The notes under the pieces: model-generated
What the model was told of the DNA's origin: nothing
What the model saw: only the letters and a program-made list of their open reading frames with translations
Database searches by the model: none
Program-made: the position numbers and the translations under genes
Shown: positions 56,603-64,000 of the stretch, in pieces
How the letters are laid out: every line of letters begins with the position of its first letter
Numbering within the stretch: the stretch's first letter is position 1
Virus record (IMG/VR): IMGVR_UViG_3300023174_003623
Coordinates: 32,001-96,000 of that record
DNA: 64,000 nucleotides
Direction: 5' to 3' (one strand)
From: a virus

Positions 56603-58222
56603 ATGTCAGGGGATAATTATCTTGGTAATCCTCTTATCAAGAAATCAAATGTAAGATTAAGTTTCACTGCTGAACAGATTCAAGAATACGCTAAATGCGT
56701 AAAAGACCCAGTACACTTTATACAGAATTATGTAAAAATTGTCAACATTGATGCGGGTTTGGTTACCTTTAATCTTTATTCTTATCAAAAAAAGATTGTA
56801 GAAACCGCTGTAAATAATCGATTTGTTATTTGTAAAATGCCTCGTCAATGTGGCAAAACTACAACAATCGTAGGTGTAATTCTTTGGCATATTTTATTTA
56901 ATGAAAACTATAATGTAGCTATCCTTGCTCATAAGGCTAGTCAGGCTCGTGAAATTCTATCGCGCATTCAATTTGCATATGAGCATCTTCCCAAGTGGAT
57001 GCAACAAGGTGTGGTCGAATGGAACAAGGGAAATATCGAGCTAGAAAATGGCGCGAAAGTGCTAGCTTCTGGCACATCTTCATCTGCTATTCGCGGTGGT
57101 TCATTTAATCTAATCTATCTTGACGAGTTTGCTTTCGTACCTAATAATCTTCAAGAACAGTTTTTCGCTTCAGTTTATCCTACCATTTCATCAGGTAAAA
57201 CATCTAAGGTTCTGATTACTTCCACACCAAATGGATTAAATCTTTTTTACAAGTTATGGACTGATAGTGTTGATGATAAAAATGAATATAAGCATGTAGA
57301 CGTACATTGGTCAGATACTCCCGGTAGAGATGAGCAATGGAAACGTCAAACCATTCGTAACACTTCGGAACAACAATTCAGAGTGGAATATGGTTGCGAG
57401 TTCTTGGGTTCATCTAATACGCTTATCGACCCATCCAAATTACAGACTTTAGTATTCTCTTATCCTATTAGTACCAAGTCGTATTTTGGTAGTGAAATGA
57501 AGGTCTATAAGGAACCAGAACAAGGTCATAAATACTTAGTTACAGTAGATGTAGCAGAAGGTGCGGGGTTAGACTATTCCGTTTGTCAAGTAATCGATGT
57601 TACATTTGTACCTTATCGTCAAGTTGCTACCTATAAGAACAATAATATTCATACACTAGTTTTTCCAGACGTTATAAGAAGCATTGCCATGTATTATAAC
57701 GAAGCACTGGTTTTAGTTGAAATAAATAGTATTGGAAAACAAGTCGTAGAAAGTCTTCATTACGACTTAGAATATGAAGGAATTTTGACTGTGGATAAGT
57801 CTATTGCGGCTGGTCAGAAATTGACGGGTGGCTTTGGAGGTAAAACACAAATGGGTGTCAGGACAACCACTCAAGTAAAACGGATTGGTTGCAGTAATTT
57901 AAAAACTCTAATAGAAACTGATAAACTTATTTTATGTGATTTCGATACTATTAATGAATTGTTCAGATTTGTTAGTATGCGAAATACATTTATGGCAGAA
58001 GAAGGAAACGATGACTTAGTAATGGGATTGGTTTTGTTCTCATGGCTAATAAACCAACCTTATTTTAAGGACATGTCAGAAAGTGATGTGCATAAAGTGC
58101 TGGTAGAAGCTGCAATGGAGGATGATCTTTTACCATTCATTTATGAAGAAAACGTTTCGACCTATAACAATGAACCAGTAGAGGTGGCTCCTGATCAATT
58201 TGAATCATATATGACTAATTAA
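56603..58222 (+). CDS. 17: gp17 terminase large subunit
   Basis: PRQCGKTT, LDEFAF, STPNG.N.FY, DVA.G.G.DYS, DDLVM. Confidence 0.97.
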   Translation: MSGDNYLGNPLIKKSNVRLSFTAEQIQEYAKCVKDPVHFIQNYVKIVNIDAGLVTFNLYSYQKKIVETAVNNRFVICKMPRQCGKTTTIVGVILWHILFNENYNVAILAHKASQAREILSRIQFAYEHLPKWMQQGVVEWNKGNIELENGAKVLASGTSSSAIRGGSFNLIYLDEFAFVPNNLQEQFFASVYPTISSGKTSKVLITSTPNGLNLFYKLWTDSVDDKNEYKHVDVHWSDTPGRDEQWKRQTIRNTSEQQFRVEYGCEFLGSSNTLIDPSKLQTLVFSYPISTKSYFGSEMKVYKEPEQGHKYLVTVDVAEGAGLDYSVCQVIDVTFVPYRQVATYKNNNIHTLVFPDVIRSIAMYYNEALVLVEINSIGKQVVESLHYDLEYEGILTVDKSIAAGQKLTGGFGGKTQMGVRTTTQVKRIGCSNLKTLIETDKLILCDFDTINELFRFVSMRNTFMAEEGNDDLVMGLVLFSWLINQPYFKDMSESDVHKVLVEAAMEDDLLPFIYEENVSTYNNEPVEVAPDQFESYMTN

Positions 58223-58298
58223 AATCGTAAAATAATAAATAGAACAATAGCATATATCATCAAATCTGCTAAACGTTTTTCGTAAGGGAGAATAAACC

Positions 58299-60443
58299 AT
58301 GCCATTCCAAGTTAGTCCCGGAGTCAATGTATCTGAAATTGACTTAACCACTATAGTTCCTGCGGTATCCACAACAGAAGGTGCGATTGCAGGTGTTTTC
58401 CGTTGGGGTCCAATCGATAGAGCAGTACTTATCGACTCAGAAGATAAACTTGCTGCTCGATTTGGTAAACCTGACAATACAAATCCAGAAACCTTTTTTA
58501 CTGCTGCAAACTTCCTTGCATATGGCAACAAGCTTTATGTAAGTCGTGCAGCTAATACCACTGATGGCACTGGCGTTAGCGGTGTTCTATCAGCCATGGC
58601 AAATGTTGCTGCAATCGTTTCAAATGCAGTACACATTGTATTAAATGAGGATGATTATACTACTAAATCATCTGGTTTTGAAGCTGGTGTAGACTATATT
58701 GCAAAATATCCCGGTGCATTAGGCAATTCACTTAAAGTTTCTGTATGCGATTCAGTAAATGCATATGGTTCAAATTTGTCTATGTTTGTTCCTATCAATT
58801 CAGCATATAATGTATCTATTCCTACAAATATTTCAAATGCAGGAATTTCATTTATTGTAGGATCAAACCAAGCTACTATCTTTATTGCTAATAGTGCTGG
58901 TAGTTGGGATACTGGTGCAGGTACAAGTTCTGCACAATATGGTCTAGAAGCAATTGTAGCTAATACACTTATAGTTGGTAGTATTCTAAAAGCTGGTAAT
59001 GCTACATTAGGTATACAAGATCTTCGTATTACTGGATTTGCTGCTAACGCTGTATATTCTGCTGGTAATACAACTTATGTAGTTAATTTAAATACCAATT
59101 ATAGTTTATCTTCTAATTTTTATGCAAATACAATTGTAAACAATTGGGAATACTATAACGCAGTTTCTAAAGCTCCTAGTCCTTCAGTTTATCAAAAGAG
59201 TTTTGGTGGTAATTCGGCAGTTGTCGATGAACTTCATGTTGTAGTTGCCGATGAAGATGGCAAATTTACTGGTGTTCCCGGTACAATTCTTGAAGTATTC
59301 CAAGGTCTTTCAAGAGCTACAGATGCTAAAACACAAGATGGTAATACATTATACTACAAAAATGTAATTAATCAAAATTCAAATTATGTTTGGTGGGCAT
59401 CTGATCGTGGTGGTTCTAGTTCAGCAACTTCTCTTGTAATTACCAATTCAACTAATTCTAAACCAATGACTTTATCATTTATTAATGGTTCAGATGGTGT
59501 TGATGAATCAAGCATTGCAATTGGCAATTTAACTCGTGCTTATGACAAATTTAAATCCGCAGAAGATATTGATGTTTCGCTCATTCTTCAAGGTAAAGCT
59601 CGTGGTGGGTCTACACAACCAACTGGTGCTGTTGCCACTGCTGTTGGATATCAACTTGCAAATTATTTAATTGATAATATTGCTGGCTCTCGCAAAGATT
59701 GTGTAGTGTTTATATCACCAGATAAAGATGATGTTGTCAACAATATTGGTAAAGATGAATATCAAGATATTGTTGATTTTAGACTTGCGCTTTCTTCTAG
59801 TTCATATGCTGTGATAGACTCTGGTTATAAATACCAATATGACAAGTATAATGATGTTTATCGTTGGGTTCCTTTGAATGGTGATATTGCTGGTCTTGCA
59901 GTTCGTACTGATAATTTAAGAGATCCATGGTGGTCACCTGCTGGTTTTAATCGTGGTCAAATTAAAAATATCATTAAACTAGCTTATAATCCTGCTAAAG
60001 CAGAACGTGACATTCTTTATAAGAATGATATTAATCCAGTCTGCATATTCCCCGGCCAAGGTACGGTGTTATTTGGTGATAAAACGCTTCTTGGCAAACC
60101 AAGTGCATTTGACCGAATCAACGTTCGTCGTTTGTTCATCGTTCTTGAAAAAGCAATTGCAACTGCCGCTAAATTTACGTTATTTGAATTTAATGATGCA
60201 TTTACAAGAGCACAATTTAGAAACTTAGTTGAACCTTTCCTAAGAGACGTTCAGGGTCGTCGTGGTATCTACGACTTCAAGGTTGTTTGTGATGAAACAA
60301 ACAATACTGGTGAAGTTATTGACCGCAACGAATTTGTAGGAGACATTTACATCAAACCAGCACGCAGCATCAACTTTATTCAGTTGAACTTTGTAGCAGT
60401 TAGAACTGGTGTCGAATTCTCTGAAGTTGTTGGCAATTTCTAA
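58299..60443 (+). CDS. 18: gp18 tail sheath protein
   Basis: SPGV...EIDLT, W.SPAG.NRG, FDRINVRRLF, IKPARSINFI.LNFVA. Confidence 0.97.
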   Translation: MPFQVSPGVNVSEIDLTTIVPAVSTTEGAIAGVFRWGPIDRAVLIDSEDKLAARFGKPDNTNPETFFTAANFLAYGNKLYVSRAANTTDGTGVSGVLSAMANVAAIVSNAVHIVLNEDDYTTKSSGFEAGVDYIAKYPGALGNSLKVSVCDSVNAYGSNLSMFVPINSAYNVSIPTNISNAGISFIVGSNQATIFIANSAGSWDTGAGTSSAQYGLEAIVANTLIVGSILKAGNATLGIQDLRITGFAANAVYSAGNTTYVVNLNTNYSLSSNFYANTIVNNWEYYNAVSKAPSPSVYQKSFGGNSAVVDELHVVVADEDGKFTGVPGTILEVFQGLSRATDAKTQDGNTLYYKNVINQNSNYVWWASDRGGSSSATSLVITNSTNSKPMTLSFINGSDGVDESSIAIGNLTRAYDKFKSAEDIDVSLILQGKARGGSTQPTGAVATAVGYQLANYLIDNIAGSRKDCVVFISPDKDDVVNNIGKDEYQDIVDFRLALSSSSYAVIDSGYKYQYDKYNDVYRWVPLNGDIAGLAVRTDNLRDPWWSPAGFNRGQIKNIIKLAYNPAKAERDILYKNDINPVCIFPGQGTVLFGDKTLLGKPSAFDRINVRRLFIVLEKAIATAAKFTLFEFNDAFTRAQFRNLVEPFLRDVQGRRGIYDFKVVCDETNNTGEVIDRNEFVGDIYIKPARSINFIQLNFVAVRTGVEFSEVVGNF

Positions 60444-60474
60444 TAAATAGGTTTAACTAGCAAGGAGAATTTAA

Positions 60475-61026
60475 ATGGCTTTCAATATTAATGAAATTAA
60501 AAGTCAAATGTTATTTGATGGAGCGCGACCTGCGCTCTTTCAGGTAACTCTACAAAACCCTGCAAATTCTGTAGCAGATATTAAGTTTCCATTTATGTGT
60601 GAGGCTACAGCATTACCCGCAGCAGATGTTGGTACAGTTCAAGTCCCATATTTTGGTAGATTTATCAAATTAGCTGGAGACCGTGTTTATGCTGATTGGC
60701 AGGTAACTATTATTAATGATGAAGATTTTTTAGTTAGAAATGCCCTTGAAGAGTGGTCTAATAAGATTAACTCTTTCCAAGGTAACATTAGAGCTTTTGG
60801 ATCAGCATCACCATTATTATATAAGTCACAGGCGCAAGTAATTCAATATTCAAAAACTGGTGTTCCAATTCGGACTTATCAATTTAATGGAATTTTCCCA
60901 ACTGTTATAAGCGATATTCCGCTTTCATGGTCTACACAAAATGAAATTGAAAGATTTACGGTAACCTTTGCCGTTGATTATTGGGAAGTTTCCGGTGGAA
61001 TTACCGGAAATGCGGGCGGTATTTAA
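60475..61026 (+). CDS. 19: gp19 tail tube protein
   Basis: GARP.LF.V, GR..K.AGDR....W..TI.NDEDF..R...E.W, IE.F.VTF..DYW. Confidence 0.95.
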   Translation: MAFNINEIKSQMLFDGARPALFQVTLQNPANSVADIKFPFMCEATALPAADVGTVQVPYFGRFIKLAGDRVYADWQVTIINDEDFLVRNALEEWSNKINSFQGNIRAFGSASPLLYKSQAQVIQYSKTGVPIRTYQFNGIFPTVISDIPLSWSTQNEIERFTVTFAVDYWEVSGGITGNAGGI

Positions 61027-61032
61027 TAATAA

Positions 61033-61060
61033 AGGGGGAAAATTTCTTCCCCCTATTTTT
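61033..61060 (+). terminator. Rho-independent terminator after gene 19
   Basis: AGGGGGAA-aatttc-TTCCCCCT followed by ATTTTT. Confidence 0.8.
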
Positions 61061-61074
61061 AGTGAGATAATATA

Positions 61075-62634
61075 ATGGCAGGATCACCAAGTATTTTTGG
61101 GTTTCAATTCAAGCGAAAAAAAGAAGATGATAAAAGCAATAACGAATCATTCGCACCGTTAATTCAAGATGACGGTGCAGTCGCTGTTGCGGCTGGTGGT
61201 GCATATGGTACTTATGTAGATTTAGAAGGTTCTGCTCGTACAGAAGCAGAACTTGTTACCAAATACCGAGAAATGTCGCTTCATGCAGAACTCGATTCTG
61301 CAATTGAAGATATTGTTAATGAAGCGATTATTGTAGATGATGATTTTGATCGCGCTATCGAAATCAATCTAGATAAAACTGGACTTTCTGATAAACTTAA
61401 AGGTGCTATTCGTCAAGAGTTTTCTCAAATTCTTCAGTTGTTTGAATTCAATACACACAGCTATGATATCTTTAGACGTTGGTATATTGATGGTAGACTA
61501 TACTATCATGTAATTATCGATGATGCTAGACCCCAAGATGGTATTAAAGAATTTCGGTATATAGATCCAAGAAAAATTCGTAAGATTCGTGAAGTAAAGA
61601 AAAAGCCTATACCAAATTTTAACATTGAAGTTACAAAAAATCAACAAGAATATTTTATATACAATGAAAAGGGGTTTAGTCAAAACATAGGCCCAACTTC
61701 TACTGGTACTGGTAGCACTGGTGTTAAGATTTCTGCTGATGCAATTCTTCATATTACATCAGGATTAACAGATAAAAACAATCAATTAGTATTAGGATTT
61801 CTTCATACTGCAATTAAGCCATTAAATCAACTTAGAACACTTGAAGATGCCACATTAATTTATAGAATTTCTCGCGCACCAGAACGTCGAGTATTTTATA
61901 TCGATGTAGGTAACTTGCCTAAAATGAAAGCTGAACAATATCTTCGTGATATTATGGCAAGATTTAAAAACCGAGTTGTGTACGATTCTTCTACTGGTGA
62001 AGTAAGAGATGACAGAAAGTTTATGACCATGTTAGAAGATTTCTGGCTACCTCGTCGTGAAGGTGGTAAAGGAACAGAAATTCAAACACTTCCTCCCGGT
62101 CAAAATTTGGGGCAATTAGAAGATGTTAAATACTTTCAAAGAAATCTTTACAAAGCTTTAAAAATTCCTGTCAATCGTATTGAACCTGAACAGACTTACA
62201 ATCTTGGTCGTGCAACTGAAATTACAAGAGACGAAGTGAAATTTGCTAAATTTGTAAATAGATTGCAGACTCGTTTTGCAACTTTATTTTTAAATGCTCT
62301 TGAAAAACAATTAATTCTTAAAAAGATTATCACACCAGAAGATTGGGTGGTTCTCAGTAATTCAATATCATTTGATTTTGCTAGAGATAATCATTATGCA
62401 GAATTGAAAGAATTAGAAATTGTAAACAACAGAATGGCGGCTGTACAAGCTGTAGACCCATTTGTTGGAAAATATTTCTCAGTTGAGTGGGTTCAGAAAA
62501 ACCTTTTACGTCAAAAAGATGAAGATATAGAAGAAATTATGCAACAAATAGGTAATGAAGTCCAGCAGGGAATTATTCAACCTGTAGAACAACCAGAGCA
62601 GGCTGCTGCTCCTGCCAAATCAAGTAAAAAATAA
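61075..62634 (+). CDS. 20: gp20 portal protein
   Basis: WYIDGR, YRI.RAPERR.FYIDVGNLPK.KAEQYL, EDFWLPRREGG.GTEI.TLP.GQNLG. Confidence 0.97.
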   Translation: MAGSPSIFGFQFKRKKEDDKSNNESFAPLIQDDGAVAVAAGGAYGTYVDLEGSARTEAELVTKYREMSLHAELDSAIEDIVNEAIIVDDDFDRAIEINLDKTGLSDKLKGAIRQEFSQILQLFEFNTHSYDIFRRWYIDGRLYYHVIIDDARPQDGIKEFRYIDPRKIRKIREVKKKPIPNFNIEVTKNQQEYFIYNEKGFSQNIGPTSTGTGSTGVKISADAILHITSGLTDKNNQLVLGFLHTAIKPLNQLRTLEDATLIYRISRAPERRVFYIDVGNLPKMKAEQYLRDIMARFKNRVVYDSSTGEVRDDRKFMTMLEDFWLPRREGGKGTEIQTLPPGQNLGQLEDVKYFQRNLYKALKIPVNRIEPEQTYNLGRATEITRDEVKFAKFVNRLQTRFATLFLNALEKQLILKKIITPEDWVVLSNSISFDFARDNHYAELKELEIVNNRMAAVQAVDPFVGKYFSVEWVQKNLLRQKDEDIEEIMQQIGNEVQQGIIQPVEQPEQAAAPAKSSKK

Positions 62635-62637
62635 TTT

Positions 62638-62645
62638 TATAAATA
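62638..62645 (+). promoter_or_regulatory. Late promoter
   Basis: TATAAATA just upstream of the AGGA RBS of 62658. Confidence 0.75.
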
Positions 62646-62657
62646 TAGGAAATTACC

Positions 62658-62918
62658 ATGTCTAATATAGAAATAATTGATTTAATTAAGTATGCAAATG
62701 AAAATCAACCTGTAAATTTTTCGGCTGCATTAGACAATATTTTAAGTCAAAAGACATTAGATGCTCTTGTTACAAAAAAAGAAGAAGTATCATCTACAAT
62801 GTTCAATGGCCCAGATGATGAAGAATATGAAGATGATGAAGAATATGAAGATGATGAAGAATATGAAAATACAGAAGACAACACCGAATTAGAAGACGAT
62901 GGAGAAATAGATGATTAA
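62658..62918 (+). CDS. 67: gp67-like prohead core protein
   Basis: Small acidic protein directly after the portal gene; L..KK.EV...F then acidic tail. Confidence 0.7.
   Translation: MSNIEIIDLIKYANENQPVNFSAALDNILSQKTLDALVTKKEEVSSTMFNGPDDEEYEDDEEYEDDEEYENTEDNTELEDDGEIDD
62814..62867 (+). repeat. 18-bp tandem repeat x3 (DDEEYE)
   Basis: GATGATGAAGAATATGAA three exact copies. Confidence 0.95.
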
Positions 62919-63909
62919 TTTATCAGAACTTTTAGATCGTGCTAAAAAGAAGGCTTTAGAAAAACCTGATAATAAAGATGGGTATGCTCCAAAAAGCACT
63001 GATGAATTACGATTCAAACGTAAACATGTAGTTAATACTACACCAGATGCTAATAAAAATGGTGATGATGTGTTCAAGGGCACCAGCGTTAAGGCTGTAG
63101 ATCGTGCTGGAACACGCTTTGGTTATAATCCCGGTCAAGATGAAGAAGTTTATGAAGAAGTCAAGAAGAAAAAAGTGTGCAAGGAATGTGGTAAAAAATA
63201 CACAGGAAAGCAATGTTCTTGTTGCATGAATGAAGCAAAAACAAGAATGCCATTAGATGGGCACCCTTATCATAATAAATCTGATGCTGAATTAAAATAC
63301 ATAATTAAAGATGCGGGTGAAGCTGCTCAGGCTATGCGTGGTCAAGATTCCAAAGCTGAAAATAAATATTTAGACCAAGTTAATGATGCATCCACAATTC
63401 TTGCTTATCGTCAAAAGCTTCAAAAAAATTCTTATGAACCAGATGGTGAACATATTTCTGAAATGCAATGGAATTATGGAAAAAAAAGAGAACCATCACC
63501 AAATCCACACCCAGACCATGAATTCAATAAATTATCAGACAAAGAATTAAAAAATATTATAGACACACATAATCAAACTTATCCAGAACGCAATGATTAT
63601 GACCCAACCGGTAACAGACCTTCAAGAAAAACTCCATTAGGGAGTAATTGGTCTTATATGTCAGATAGAGACAAACAAAAAGAGATAAAACAAAACCCAA
63701 AAATTCAAGAATACTTGAAATCAGCTAAAAATTTTCCAATTGCTAAGGAGATCTTACGTTGGAGAGACGGTCAAGTTAATGAATCTGCTGCTCCCGGTAA
63801 AGAAGATTGGATTAAAGCAAATAAACAAAGATTTATCAAGCAATATGGTAAAGAAAAAGGATTAAAAATCCTTTATGCCAAAGCTTGGGCAATGTCAAAG
63901 GGTAAATAA
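62911..63909 (+). CDS. Modular prohead-core/internal head protein
   Basis: 332 aa in the head gene cluster after 67; highly charged; C-terminal K..F.K.YG..G...LYA.AW module. Confidence 0.6.
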   Translation: MINLSELLDRAKKKALEKPDNKDGYAPKSTDELRFKRKHVVNTTPDANKNGDDVFKGTSVKAVDRAGTRFGYNPGQDEEVYEEVKKKKVCKECGKKYTGKQCSCCMNEAKTRMPLDGHPYHNKSDAELKYIIKDAGEAAQAMRGQDSKAENKYLDQVNDASTILAYRQKLQKNSYEPDGEHISEMQWNYGKKREPSPNPHPDHEFNKLSDKELKNIIDTHNQTYPERNDYDPTGNRPSRKTPLGSNWSYMSDRDKQKEIKQNPKIQEYLKSAKNFPIAKEILRWRDGQVNESAAPGKEDWIKANKQRFIKQYGKEKGLKILYAKAWAMSKGK

Positions 63910-63911
63910 CT

Positions 63912-64000
63912 ATGGCAACAATGATTAATAGATCTGGGGCTTCTGCAATTATTCATGTAACATCTAACGATTGTGTTGTTATTGCTGGTAATCCTACCGT
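63912..64000 (+). CDS. Start of next head-cluster gene (partial)
   Basis: ATG 2 nt after previous stop; MATMINRSGASAIIHV... open to the window end. Confidence 0.6.
   Translation, partial: MATMINRSGASAIIHVTSNDCVVIAGNPT

Noticed and set aside
56603-62634. Inteins or introns in terminase, sheath or portal genes
   Set aside because: ORFs are continuous, of normal length, and show no splicing motifs

Overview
An AT-rich (roughly one-third GC by eye) 64 kb segment of a T4-like myophage genome, in the standard genetic code. From left to right: the end of a GIY-YIG-like gene; a cluster of six tRNAs (Arg-TCT, Leu-TAA, Ile-TAT, Tyr-GTA, Gly-TCC, Lys-TTT); two minus-strand late membrane (holin-like) genes; accessory genes (PMM-like HAD, small DNA-binding protein, glycosyltransferase); the rnh-phoH-exonuclease-tRNA-Thr-SleB-33-59-32 block; a minus-strand block with two tape-measure/hub-like genes, 51, 26, a 54-like gene, 2 and 4; then the plus-strand virion block (48, 53, hub, 5, 25, 6, enlarged 7 and 8, VrlC/DUF4815-like genes, a fibre/adhesin array, 13, a GIY-YIG homing endonuclease, 14-20, 67 and a modular prohead-core-like gene). 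T4 late promoters (TATAAATA) and sigma70-type promoters are visible. The strongest hidden signals are: (1) a candidate programmed -1 frameshift (U7 slippery site plus a long hairpin) fusing gp26 to gp51 just upstream of the tape-measure-like genes, resembling lambda gpG/gpGT; (2) apparent avoidance of CCWGG throughout the window, visible in Pro-Gly codon choice; (3) a tRNA-Ile with a UAU anticodon; (4) two apparent scars of lost homing-endonuclease insertions with duplicated gene starts; (5) shared DNA cassettes among the fibre genes and a pair of duplicated Gly-rich adhesin-like genes. All product calls come from remembered motifs and gene order, not from database searches.
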